Positions 1 through 9,172 of a stretch of DNA of 64,000 nt are shown here, piece after piece (positions within the stretch are counted from its first letter, which is position 1; each line of letters starts with the position of its first letter). Source of the DNA: an uncultured delta proteobacterium (GTDB lineage: Bacteria > Desulfobacterota > Binatia > UBA9968); contig CAVWLW010000003.1 in NCBI GenBank assembly GCA_963755715.1, positions 32,001 through 96,000 on the forward strand. The letters run 5' to 3'. A program made the position numbers and the translations under genes. The notes beneath the pieces are model-generated. The model searched no databases. It had not been told where the DNA came from and was given only the letters and a program-made list of their open reading frames with translations.

Positions 1-1
1 T

Positions 2-136
2 GCCGGCTTTCTTGCGAGCGGCGTCAGGCTCGTCCTTACGCCTACGCGTACGGGCGCGCGCCGACTGTTGTTTGCGTCGCTAATCTACCTTCCTGTTCTC
101 TTGCTGGTGATGGCTTTGGACCGTGTGCCGATATGA
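2..136 (+). CDS. ctaB: C-terminal end of heme O synthase (protoheme IX farnesyltransferase), truncated by window edge
   Basis: Frame 2 reads AGFLASGVRLVLTPTRTGARRLLFASLIYLPVLLLVMALDRVPI*; ARRLxFASxxYLP is the typical CtaB/CyoE tail; sits upstream of oxidase subunit III genes. Confidence 0.7.
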   Translation, partial: AGFLASGVRLVLTPTRTGARRLLFASLIYLPVLLLVMALDRVPI

Positions 137-258
137 ACGAGCAGATTATGGAACCGCCGGAAGGAATTGACACGCGCAACCGACGTCTCGGTTTCGCGTT
201 GGCCATTTTGGCCGTGTCGTATATCATTGCGGTGATAGTTTTCATCATTATGAGATGA
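133..258 (+). CDS. 41-aa single-TM protein in cox operon (not in ORF track)
   Basis: ATGA overlap with ctaB stop; MNEQIMEPPEGIDTRNRRLGFALAILAVSYIIAVIVFIIMR*, basic patch followed by a hydrophobic helix. Confidence 0.6.
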   Translation: MNEQIMEPPEGIDTRNRRLGFALAILAVSYIIAVIVFIIMR

Positions 259-273
259 CACGACCGTTGGTCC

Positions 274-939
274 ATGGCTAAGAGTTCAACAGCGCGCAAA
301 TTAGATGACGCACCGCTGGTTCAAGCGGACCGGCGACCTGCGTTCGGTGGCGGTGGGCCACCGGCGCCGCCGGTTCGGCCCAATACACCGATCGCCAACA
401 ATGCTTGGCTCGCAGTCCTTATGTTGTTGGGCGCGGAGGCGATGTTTTTTGCCGGCCTGATCGGCGCGTTTTTGGTTTTCCGCATCGCCAGTCCCGTCTG
501 GCCGCCGCCGTTTCAGCCGCGCCTGCCGACCGCGGTTACCGCGATTAATACGCTGATTTTACTTGCCAGCGCGGTAACGATCCGGCTCGGAATGAGAGCG
601 AATCAACGTGGCGACCGCGCGCGTCTGGTGCGTTTGCTGTTATGGACCGCCGCAGCGGGCACGAGTTTTTTATTGATTCAAGGGTTCGAGTGGTTTCGCC
701 TGATTCATTTTGGCTTGACCGTGTCGAGCAGCGTCTACGGCGGTTTGTTTTACACGATTATCGGCTGTCACGGCTTGCATGTTTTCGGCGCGTTAATCTG
801 GTTGGTTGTCGTGTGGCAAAAGGCGAGAGCCGGAAAGTACACGCGGCAGAATTACGTCGGTTTACAAACTTGCGGCATGTATTGGACATTCGTTGTGGGT
901 TTGTGGCCCGTCCTCTATGGGCTCGTTTATCTCTATTAA
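274..939 (+). CDS. ctaE: Cytochrome c oxidase subunit III family protein (copy 1)
   Basis: EAMFFAGL, NTLILLAS, QGFEW, GCHGLHV, YWTFVVGLW motifs; about 5 TM helices. Confidence 0.85.
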   Translation: MAKSSTARKLDDAPLVQADRRPAFGGGGPPAPPVRPNTPIANNAWLAVLMLLGAEAMFFAGLIGAFLVFRIASPVWPPPFQPRLPTAVTAINTLILLASAVTIRLGMRANQRGDRARLVRLLLWTAAAGTSFLLIQGFEWFRLIHFGLTVSSSVYGGLFYTIIGCHGLHVFGALIWLVVVWQKARAGKYTRQNYVGLQTCGMYWTFVVGLWPVLYGLVYLY

Positions 940-993
940 GCGATTTGGTTGACACTCCAGAATCGATACGTTAATTTGCGGTTGATTATTCCG

Positions 994-1281
994 ATGCTTA
1001 GAAAAATTCATTGCATCATGATGGCGGCCGGCTTTACGTTGCTTGCGCGGACGGCAACGACGTGGGCTTGCGCCGTTTGTCTCGGCGGCGAGAGTGATTC
1101 ATTGACGGACGGCTTTAAGGCCAGCGTGCTATTTCTCATGGCGACGCCTTATCTCGTCGTCGGCTCGATCGTCTGTGGGCTCATTTTCAATTACCGGCGA
1201 GCACTGAAAAAGCGCGAGAAGTCGGAAACACTCGAGCCCATCGGTCACTTAGCATGGAATCAGGAGGATAGCGTTAGATGA
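994..1281 (+). CDS. Small membrane protein with signal peptide, CAVC motif and one TM (cox-cluster accessory)
   Basis: ATTWACAVCLGG followed by hydrophobic VLFLMATPYLVVGSIV; ATGA-type overlap with next gene; start may be 949. Confidence 0.6.
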   Translation: MLRKIHCIMMAAGFTLLARTATTWACAVCLGGESDSLTDGFKASVLFLMATPYLVVGSIVCGLIFNYRRALKKREKSETLEPIGHLAWNQEDSVR

Positions 1282-1886
1282 GTGAAGTTGCGGCAGCGCA
1301 CTTGGAAGTGGAGCCCCAAGAATCGCCCTTGACCCCCGAGAGTTGGGGCAAACTGGGCATGTGGCTGTTCCTCGCCGGCGACGCCATGTCGTTTGGCTGT
1401 TTGATCGTCGGTTACGGGATTTTGCGCCATGCCAGTAGTAATTGGCCGGTGCCTAAAGACGTGCTGGGAATTAATCTCACGGCGTTTATGACGTTTCTAC
1501 TGATCGTTAGCAGCGTCTGGATGGTGCTGGCGTTAGAAGCGATTCAGGAAAACAACAAAGCCCGGTTCAATAAGTTTCTCGGTCTGACGATTTTGGGCGG
1601 TGCGATGTTCTTGGGGTGCCAGGCTTACGAGTGGACTCACCTGCTCGGTCATCGGTTACCCGAACTCGGCATCTCATTTTCCAGCAGTCTCTTCGCCTCG
1701 ACGTTTTTTATTCTGACGGGTTTTCACGGCATGCACGTGACCGGTGGGGTAATTTACAATACCTCCGTGCTGGCGGCGGTCAACCGCGGCCGCTATCAAG
1801 CGAAACACGTTGAGATCGCCGGCCTCTACTGGCACTTCGTCGACTTGGTGTGGATATTGATTTTTACGTTTGTTTATCTACTGTAA
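1278..1886 (+). CDS. ctaE: Cytochrome c oxidase subunit III family protein (copy 2)
   Basis: GKLGMWLFLAGDAMSF, QAYEW, TGFHGMHV, GLYWHFVDLVWI motifs; RBS AGGAGG. Confidence 0.9.
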   Translation: MSEVAAAHLEVEPQESPLTPESWGKLGMWLFLAGDAMSFGCLIVGYGILRHASSNWPVPKDVLGINLTAFMTFLLIVSSVWMVLALEAIQENNKARFNKFLGLTILGGAMFLGCQAYEWTHLLGHRLPELGISFSSSLFASTFFILTGFHGMHVTGGVIYNTSVLAAVNRGRYQAKHVEIAGLYWHFVDLVWILIFTFVYLL

Positions 1887-1905
1887 TCCGTTTCGGGAGA
1901 GCGAG

Positions 1906-2184
1906 ATGTCATCGACCACACACTCCAGTGCCCAATACATCAAGATTTTCTATATCCTCCTGGCGCTCACCGTCATCGAGGTCGCGATCGTTTACTTGGG
2001 CTTACCGAAAATGCTGCTCGCCGCGCTGTTGGTGATCTTCGCGGTGTGGAAGGCCGCTTTGGTGGCGATGCATTTCATGCATCTTAAGTTCGAGAAAAGA
2101 ACTTTGGCAGTGGTCGCTCTGGTGCCCTTTGTTCTGTGCGTTTTCTTGATCCTGATGCTGATGCCGGACATCTTTCCCCATTGA
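1906..2184 (+). CDS. ctaF: Cytochrome c oxidase subunit IV family protein
   Basis: LLALTVIEV...KAALVAMHFMHLKFE; 3 TM. Confidence 0.85.
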   Translation: MSSTTHSSAQYIKIFYILLALTVIEVAIVYLGLPKMLLAALLVIFAVWKAALVAMHFMHLKFEKRTLAVVALVPFVLCVFLILMLMPDIFPH

Positions 2185-2609
2185 TTGCCATTTCCGAGCT
2201 TCCGAGTTTGAATGCGGCGCTGAATAGTCTCAGCGCCGTTTTTCTTTTTGCCGGTTTTCTCTTCATCAAGTCGGGCAACCAAAATGCCCATCGGAACTGC
2301 ATGTTGACGGCATTCGCCTGCTCGATATTATTTTTGACTTCCTATCTCGTTTATCACTATCACGTGGGCTCCGTGCCGTTTAAGGGCCAGGGTTGGATTC
2401 GCCCCGTCTATTTCACGATTCTCCTGACCCATACCATCCTCGCGGTAACCGTGGTGCCGCTGGCGCTCATCACGTTGCGCCGCGCCTGGCGGGAAAATTT
2501 TCCGGCGCATCGGCGCATCGCGCGCTGGACATTTCCGATCTGGCTTTACGTTTCCGTCACCGGAGTGATCGTTTATTGGATGCTCTATTGGCTGGTGCCG
2601 TCGCGTTGA
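2181..2609 (+). CDS. DUF420 family membrane protein (oxidase-associated)
   Basis: LNAALN...HRNCM...FLTSYLVYH...HTILA...HRRIARWTFPIWLYVSVTGVIVY; probable TTG start overlapping upstream stop. Confidence 0.85.
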   Translation: MIAISELPSLNAALNSLSAVFLFAGFLFIKSGNQNAHRNCMLTAFACSILFLTSYLVYHYHVGSVPFKGQGWIRPVYFTILLTHTILAVTVVPLALITLRRAWRENFPAHRRIARWTFPIWLYVSVTGVIVYWMLYWLVPSR

Positions 2610-2653
2610 CAGCGGAAAAGCCTTCACGATAAACCGGAAGGCCTGGAGGGACG

Positions 2654-3454
2654 ATGAAATCCATTGGCATCGTGGGTTGTGGGGCCATCGGTAAGGCGCT
2701 GATTCAAGCCGCCGAAGCGGGCAAGCTCTCGGTGCGCATCGCCGGCGTCACCAGCCGAACGGAAAAAAGCGCGCGCGAGTTTCTCGCGGCATTTAAAAAT
2801 CCGCCGCCGTATTTGTCGTTGGTCGAACTGATCAACGCCGGCGATTTGATTGTCGAAGCCGCCGGTGGCGCTGTCGTCCCGGAACTGGCGAAGAAAGCTT
2901 TCGCAGCGGGTAAAGATTTGATGGTGATCAGCGTCGGCGCGCTGCTGGATCATCCCGAGATTATGGCGGAGTCGCGGCGCACCGGTTGCCGTTTGTATGT
3001 TCCGTCGGGAGCGATCGCTGGGTTGGACGGCATCAAGTCCGCTTCCGTCGGTCAGATTACCCATGTGACACACACCGCGCGCAAGCCTCCGGTCGGGCTC
3101 GAAGGCGCGCCGTACTTGATCGAGCATGGGATTTCTTTGGCCGGGTTGCGCGAAGAAAAAGAAGTATTTTCCGGCTCGGCGCGCGAAGCCTGCCGCGGCT
3201 TTCCGGCCAACGTCAACGTGACGGGAGCGGTCAGTTTGGCCGGCATCGGCCCCGATCAAACGCGCGTGCGAATCCTGGCCGTGCCGGGACTGGCGCGAAA
3301 TTGCCACGACATCGAGGTCGAAGGCGAGTTCGGCCGGCTGCACGTGCATCTCGAAAATATCCCGAGCGAGAATCCGAAAACCGGCAAGCTCACGGCGTTG
3401 TCGATCATTCGCGCCGTGCAAGACGCCGTCGATACGGTGCGCATCGGGAATTAA
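2654..3454 (+). CDS. nadX: L-aspartate dehydrogenase
   Basis: GCGAIG Rossmann motif, SVGAL, PSGAIAGLD, FPANVNV, ENPKT motifs. Confidence 0.85.
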   Translation: MKSIGIVGCGAIGKALIQAAEAGKLSVRIAGVTSRTEKSAREFLAAFKNPPPYLSLVELINAGDLIVEAAGGAVVPELAKKAFAAGKDLMVISVGALLDHPEIMAESRRTGCRLYVPSGAIAGLDGIKSASVGQITHVTHTARKPPVGLEGAPYLIEHGISLAGLREEKEVFSGSAREACRGFPANVNVTGAVSLAGIGPDQTRVRILAVPGLARNCHDIEVEGEFGRLHVHLENIPSENPKTGKLTALSIIRAVQDAVDTVRIGN

Positions 3455-3532
3455 GGTCGCGGATCCTCGACTAGGTTTTGCCGAGGCATCTCGCGCCAAG
3501 GCGCTAAGCACGCCAGGTATAAAATCTAAACG

Positions 3533-5128
3533 ATGAACAACAGCGACATCATCGTTCACACGCTGCAAGAAGCCGGAGTGCGCTGGGTTTTCGGCGTGCC
3601 GAGCGGGCCGGTATTGCCGCTGATCGAGGCACTCAGGCAGAGTCCCATCCAGTTTGTTCTTACCGCGAGCGAAACATCGGCCGGATTCATGGCTACCGCG
3701 GTAGGTTACCTTACTGGAGTTCCGGGCGTGTGCGTATCGACTGTTGGGCCCGGTGCCACCAATCTCACGACTGGCGTCGGCTGCGCCTGGTTGGACCGCG
3801 CGCCGGTGCTGGCGATTACCTGCAATGTCGCGACTCCGTGGCTCGAGCGGCGGATTCAAATGCGCATCGACCATCATATGTTGTTCAAACCGCTGACCAA
3901 AGCGACTTTGTCTTTGCGTGACAATCCCGTCCGCGCCACGATCGCGCAGGCACTCGCGATGGCGTGCACTGAACCGCCGGGCCCGGTGCATCTCGACCTG
4001 CCCGAAGACATTGCGCTGTCGGTGCAAAGCGACTTCACTGCGGCGCCGGTACAGGCGAGCGGTCTTGCGGATCTTTCGGATGAAATCGTGCGGACTGTGA
4101 GTGTTGCATTGGCGCGCTCGCACCGCCCGTTGTTGATCACCGGGTTGAGTTTCACGCGCAGCCGAGCGGCGGCTGAATTACTCAAGTTCGTCGAGCGGCA
4201 AAAATTGCCTTTTGTCGAGACCATGCACGCCAAGGGATTTTTGCCGGAAAATCACACGCATTGGGCCGGCGTTATCGGCCGCGCCCGGCGCTCCGACGTG
4301 AAGCGCTTTACGGACCAAGCGGATCTGATCATCGCGGTGGGTTACGATCCGATCGAGATCAATTATGAGGACTGGGCTCGGAACACGCCCATCATCCACA
4401 TCAACACGGAAGCCGCCGAGCCGGGAGATGGGTTGAAATTTCTCTGGAACAAATCCTGTGATCTCGACGCAGCGATCGAGGCGATTGCTGGAATCGAGGC
4501 GTCCGCCAACGATTGGTCGGCTGAGGAGTGGCAAAAGCACCGATCGTTGCTCGATCGGGCTTTGCGTCCGGATGGCGCAGATTTCGCGGCGCACCAGGTT
4601 TTGGACGTCTTGCGCGACAAATTTCCACGGGACGGCATTCTCGCCTACGACGTCGGCGCGCACACCCATCAAATCGCCTCGCAATGGCGCACGGATGTGC
4701 CGCGCACGCTGTTGTCGACCAACGGCTGGTCTTCGATGGGCTACGGCATGCCCGCGGCCTACGCGGCAAAGCTGGTTCATCCCGAGCGCGCCGTCGTTGC
4801 GATCGTCGGCGATGGCGGTTTTCAGATGACCGCCGGCGAGTTGTCGCTGGCGCGGCGTTTGAATTTGGCCGTGCCGCTGATCATTCTCAACGACGGCTGG
4901 CTCGGCTTGATGAAAGTGAAGCAGGAACGAAAAAATTATGCGCTTTCCGGCGTTCACCTCGGCGCGCCGCCCGAGTCGCCGGCGCATTACTTCGGCGTTC
5001 CCTGCCGGCCGGCGAAAAACCTCGATGAATTCAGCTCCGCGCTCGATTGGGCGTTCGCCATCGATGGCCCAACCGTCATCGAAGCGTTTATCGACGCCGG
5101 CGCTTACTCTGCGACGGTTTTCGATTGA
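3533..5128 (+). CDS. Thiamine-diphosphate-dependent enzyme (acetolactate synthase large-subunit-like)
   Basis: FGVPSG, GPGATN, PGPVHLDLP, SMGYGMP, GDGGFQM...LND ThDP motif. Confidence 0.85.
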   Translation: MNNSDIIVHTLQEAGVRWVFGVPSGPVLPLIEALRQSPIQFVLTASETSAGFMATAVGYLTGVPGVCVSTVGPGATNLTTGVGCAWLDRAPVLAITCNVATPWLERRIQMRIDHHMLFKPLTKATLSLRDNPVRATIAQALAMACTEPPGPVHLDLPEDIALSVQSDFTAAPVQASGLADLSDEIVRTVSVALARSHRPLLITGLSFTRSRAAAELLKFVERQKLPFVETMHAKGFLPENHTHWAGVIGRARRSDVKRFTDQADLIIAVGYDPIEINYEDWARNTPIIHINTEAAEPGDGLKFLWNKSCDLDAAIEAIAGIEASANDWSAEEWQKHRSLLDRALRPDGADFAAHQVLDVLRDKFPRDGILAYDVGAHTHQIASQWRTDVPRTLLSTNGWSSMGYGMPAAYAAKLVHPERAVVAIVGDGGFQMTAGELSLARRLNLAVPLIILNDGWLGLMKVKQERKNYALSGVHLGAPPESPAHYFGVPCRPAKNLDEFSSALDWAFAIDGPTVIEAFIDAGAYSATVFD

Positions 5129-5143
5129 GCCACGCGGTTCTCG

Positions 5144-6370
5144 ATGACCGTACCCGCACCGGCGCGCGAGCGCTTTCGTTGGACTATCCTGGCGCTGATC
5201 AGTGTCTCTCATATCATCGGCGCGTCGGCCCAGTATGGCATCAACACGCTGGCGCCATTTTACAAAGACGAGCTCGGCCTCTCACGCGCGCAAGTCGGTT
5301 TGTTCTTCTCGGCTTTTTATTTGGCGATGACCGGGGCGTCTTTCGCCACCGGCTGGCTCGCCGACCGTTTCGGCGTGCGCCGGACGACGTGGCAGGGACA
5401 TTTCCTATTAGGAATTTGCATCGTCGCCGCGGCATTGTCGCCGTCATTCTGGACCGCCTGCATCAGTTTCTTTCTCGCCGGCTGCGGCTACAGCTTTCTC
5501 AATCCCGCTTCGACCATCGGCGTGATGGCTTGGTTTCGGCGCGACGAGCGCGCCACCGCGATGGGTATCAAACAAACCGGAGTTCCGGCCGGCGGAGTGG
5601 TCGCCGCGGCTTTAGCGCCTTCGCTCGTGCTCGTGATCGGCTGGCGCGGTGCGCTGGCCGCGCTCGGGATCGTCAATTTTCTTTTTGGATTTATCTTCGC
5701 TTCGCTATGGCGCGATCCGAGCGATGACAAACAGGATCCGTCCACGGCCGAAACGGTCATCACGGAAAAAAATCCTTTGGATATTTGGCGGCTCCTGCCG
5801 CTGGGTTGCGCCACGGGGATCTATCTAATCGGCCAGATGGTTTTGCTCACCTACGTGCCGCTCTATTTGAAAGATGTCATGGGTTTTTCGCCTCACTCGG
5901 CAAGTCAAGCGCTTGCTTTGACGCAAGCGGGAGCGATGGTCGGAAGGACCGGCTGGGGCTTTATGAGCGACCGCTTATTCGGCGGCCGGCGCAAAATCGT
6001 CTTGATCTGGATCGGCGTGATGTCGGTCGCGCTGATCGCCGCGCTGAGTGTGATGGAGCGCGGATCGTCCTACTATTTACTGTTGGCGATTCTCTTTTTT
6101 GCCGGCGTCTCGATCGTCGGCTATCAGGGCGTGTCCTATGCGCTCATCGGCGAGATTTCCGGCAAGGCGCGAACCGGCGCAGGCTTGGGCATGATGATTA
6201 CCATCAACTCCGGCGCGGCGACGCTGGGCACGCCCGTGTTTGGCTACATCGTCGATCGTACCGGCTCCTATGCGCTGGGCTGGCAAATTCTCGCGGCCCT
6301 ATTGACCGCCGGCATTATCGCCTTGGCTCTTTTGTTAAAAGAGCCGCCACCGGATCCTTCGCGACCGTAA
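5144..6370 (+). CDS. MFS transporter
   Basis: GWLADRFGVRR and GFMSDRLFGGRRK motifs, about 12 TM. Confidence 0.9.
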   Translation: MTVPAPARERFRWTILALISVSHIIGASAQYGINTLAPFYKDELGLSRAQVGLFFSAFYLAMTGASFATGWLADRFGVRRTTWQGHFLLGICIVAAALSPSFWTACISFFLAGCGYSFLNPASTIGVMAWFRRDERATAMGIKQTGVPAGGVVAAALAPSLVLVIGWRGALAALGIVNFLFGFIFASLWRDPSDDKQDPSTAETVITEKNPLDIWRLLPLGCATGIYLIGQMVLLTYVPLYLKDVMGFSPHSASQALALTQAGAMVGRTGWGFMSDRLFGGRRKIVLIWIGVMSVALIAALSVMERGSSYYLLLAILFFAGVSIVGYQGVSYALIGEISGKARTGAGLGMMITINSGAATLGTPVFGYIVDRTGSYALGWQILAALLTAGIIALALLLKEPPPDPSRP

Positions 6371-6459
6371 GCCCGCGTGGTTTGCTCGCCTTCCTCCGGT
6401 GTTAGTCTGGCATCATCGAAGCCACTTTACGCAGCGGTTTTAAAGCCAACGGAGGTTCT

Positions 6460-6814
6460 ATGGCCGGCGAAAACTTTCGTATCGAACGAGACTCGATGGG
6501 CGAGGTGAAGGTGCCGAGCGAAGCTTATTACGGCGCGCAGACGCAGCGTGCGGTCGAAAACTTCCCAGTGAGCGGCATCGGTTTTCCGCGCCAATTCATC
6601 CGCGTGCTTGACGATCCGGGCTGGGTGTCGGGAAGATGGATCTCGCCGATGGCCGGCGATCGGTTACGAAAAAGCCGCCAAGTTAGCGCAGCGAGCGATG
6701 GCGAGCGGCCAGACCATCAGAGAACTGGCGCAGCAGGAAAAAGTACTTGGAGATGACGAATTGGCAAAGATCCTCGATCCATGGCGCATGACGCAGCCGG
6801 GGATCGAGGATTAG
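6460..6814 (+). pseudogene. fumC: Class II fumarate hydratase remnant with large internal deletion
   Basis: N-terminus [30 protein letters not shown] joined out of frame to C-terminus [12 protein letters not shown]...ILDPWRMTQPG; 355 bp versus about 1.4 kb expected; good RBS GGAGG. Confidence 0.8.
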
Positions 6815-6992
6815 TCAGAGAGCCAGAGCGAAGCGCCAGTTCATTTTGTCGCTGTCCACTTTACTCAAGGGGCCAGGGCACAATAGGAAAAAACCTACAT
6901 GTAAGTAAAATGCAGACAAAGAGCCTTTTAAAGCACCTATTTAACAATATGTCTTCCTTGCTAAAACAACGAGTTACGACTATTTTCCGACT

Positions 6993-7008
6993 TGGCACAT
7001 GGCTTGAT
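6993..7008 (+). promoter_or_regulatory. Possible sigma54 -24/-12 promoter (one mismatch)
   Basis: TGGCACATGGCTTGAT versus consensus TGGCAC-N5-TTGC; GA instead of GC at -12; about 110 bp upstream of the 7116 ORF. Confidence 0.4.
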
Positions 7009-7115
7009 ACAACTTAAGCATTGTTGCCAAAAGGCCGCGTGGGAGGGCTCGATCCTTACTAACTACGGCCTGTGGGTTTCGACAGAGGTGACTTTCCAAT
7101 CACGCGGGGGGAGTT

Positions 7116-7340
7116 ATGAAAGCGGCTACAATCATAGGCATCGCGCTTATCATTCTAGGGATCGTCGCTCTCGCTTATCGGGGAATTACTTATACCCAGC
7201 GTGAGAAGATTGTCGATATCGGCCCTCTACAAGCTACCGCGGACCGCGAAAAAACTATTCCACTGCCTCCGATATTAGGAGGACTGTCCCTGGTTGGCGG
7301 TATCGTGCTGGTGATTGTCGGGTCGAAATCGAGGTCGTAA
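7116..7340 (+). CDS. Small two-TM membrane protein (DUF3185-like)
   Basis: GIALIILGIVALAY-GITYT-REKIVDIGPLQA...TIPLPPILGG; RBS GGGGGAG. Confidence 0.75.
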   Translation: MKAATIIGIALIILGIVALAYRGITYTQREKIVDIGPLQATADREKTIPLPPILGGLSLVGGIVLVIVGSKSRS

Positions 7341-7702
7341 CTGTTCTAGCTACTTGCGGCAAGTTTTTACAGTGACGACTGCTGAATTGGCAACACAATT
7401 TAAGTAAGCATAGTTTGAGCCATTTTAAGCAGCATGCTGTGACACAATTCATCAGAACAAATAATCGTGGTGCGGTAACCCGTTTGGGTACGTTGCCGTC
7501 CATTCCGACGCTGCAATTTTGACGTGCAGTCGGAAGAGAGCGTAGGCCATAGTGGCGGTCGCGCATGAATATACACGTCGGCGCTCGTGCAGTCGTTTCA
7601 ACGCATCAAACTTTCGACGACTATCGAATGTTAAAAAATTAGTGGAGTATTCTCGGCTCGCAGGCGCGGAAAGCGCTATCTTTAAATAACCGGAGAGGCT
7701 GT

Positions 7703-9118
7703 ATGGTCGCACCTAAAATCCTGGTCGTAGACGACGATAAGAACCTGCTTGAGCTTGCCAAGACGCGCTTGGCCGCGGCGAACTATGGTGTAACCGTCGC
7801 CTTGGGTCAGGAAGAAGCGCTCGAGGCGGTGAATAACGAAAGCTTCGACTTGGCGATCGTTGATTTGCGCCTCGCCGATGAGGACGGCATCACTTTGATG
7901 GAGAAATTGCACGCTATTTTTCCCGGCATGCCAGTGATTATTCTTACAGGTCATGCCAGCGTTGAAGGCGCGGTCGACGCGATGAAAAGAGGCGCCTATA
8001 CTTATCTTACCAAGCCTTTTGATCCGCGCGAGCTGATTCTGCAAATCGGCCGAGCATTGGAGAGCTGCAAACTGGCCTCCGAGAACCAAATGCTCAAAGG
8101 CATGTTGAAGGAAAAATATGACTTCGCCAACATCGTCGCCAAGAGCGACAAGATGCAGCGAGTGCTGGAGGCGGTTTCTCGGATCGCAAAAACCGATTCA
8201 ACGGTCTACATCCATGGCGAGAGCGGCACCGGCAAGGAATTGATCGCCAAAGCGATTCACTTGGCGAGCCCGCGAAAGGACAAACCTTTCGTTGCAATTA
8301 ATTGCGCCGCGATCCCGGAAACACTGCTCGAAAGCGAGCTTTTCGGCCACGAAAAGGGCGCTTTTACCGGCGCGGTGCGCAGCACCAAAGGTCTCTTTAC
8401 TCAAGCGAACGAAGGCACACTCTTTCTCGACGAGATCGGCGATATGCCGTTGTCGATTCAAGTGAAACTGCTCCGTGCTTTGGAGGAACGCCAATTTTAT
8501 CCCGTCGGCGGTGAAAAGCCCGTCCAGGTCGACGTGCGAGTGGTGGTTGCGACCAAAAAAGATTTGGTGGAAGAAGTAAAGAAAGGGCAGTTCCGCGAGG
8601 ATCTTTTTTATCGGATCCACGTGATTCCCATTGTCCTGCCGCCGCTCAAGGATCGTATCGAGGATATTCCTTACCTCGTCGATCATCTGCTGAAAAAAAT
8701 CAGCCAGCAAATGAAGCGAGACGTCAAAGGCCTTACGCCGAAGGCCATGGAAAAGCTGATGCAACACGATTGGCCGGGCAATGTGCGAGAATTGGAAAAT
8801 ACTCTCGAATATGCCGTGACGATGACCCAGCGCGATGTCGTGACCGACGATCTCGTTCTGCAAACCAAAGTTTCCACGGGCGCGGTGGCGACGACGGGGG
8901 ATACGATTCAAGCGCAACTTTTACCGACAAACGGATCCTTCAAGACCTTGAAGGAAGCCAGATCAGAGTTCGAAAGAGCTTATCTGGTTCGCCTGTTGCA
9001 TTCGTGCAACGGCAAAGCGACCCGCGCCGCGGAGATCGCCGGAAAATATCGCGCCGACTTCTATGACCTGCTGAAAAAGCACGACATCAAGCTCGCCGAG
9101 TTTAAGAGATTCAACTGA
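7703..9118 (+). CDS. Sigma54-dependent response regulator (REC-AAA+-HTH), GlrR/QseF-like
   Basis: ILVVDDD receiver, [30 protein letters not shown]; C-terminal [11 protein letters not shown]...[19 protein letters not shown] like GlrR. Confidence 0.9.
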   Translation: MVAPKILVVDDDKNLLELAKTRLAAANYGVTVALGQEEALEAVNNESFDLAIVDLRLADEDGITLMEKLHAIFPGMPVIILTGHASVEGAVDAMKRGAYTYLTKPFDPRELILQIGRALESCKLASENQMLKGMLKEKYDFANIVAKSDKMQRVLEAVSRIAKTDSTVYIHGESGTGKELIAKAIHLASPRKDKPFVAINCAAIPETLLESELFGHEKGAFTGAVRSTKGLFTQANEGTLFLDEIGDMPLSIQVKLLRALEERQFYPVGGEKPVQVDVRVVVATKKDLVEEVKKGQFREDLFYRIHVIPIVLPPLKDRIEDIPYLVDHLLKKISQQMKRDVKGLTPKAMEKLMQHDWPGNVRELENTLEYAVTMTQRDVVTDDLVLQTKVSTGAVATTGDTIQAQLLPTNGSFKTLKEARSEFERAYLVRLLHSCNGKATRAAEIAGKYRADFYDLLKKHDIKLAEFKRFN

Positions 9119-9172
9119 CGAGTCGAACTCGCTCCCACGCGCAGTTTATCGATTCGCCGCGAATCTTATGTC

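Noticed and set aside
3491-3517. CGCCAAGGCGCTAAGCACGCCAGG as an operator
   Set aside because: Looks like a short degenerate intergenic tandem repeat; single occurrence and no associated regulator
2624-5212. Long antisense ORFs (499 aa, 344 aa) and similar ones at 29409-30566, 33336-34787 and 56763-57773
   Set aside because: Shadow frames opposite well-supported genes in GC-rich DNA; no recognisable motifs
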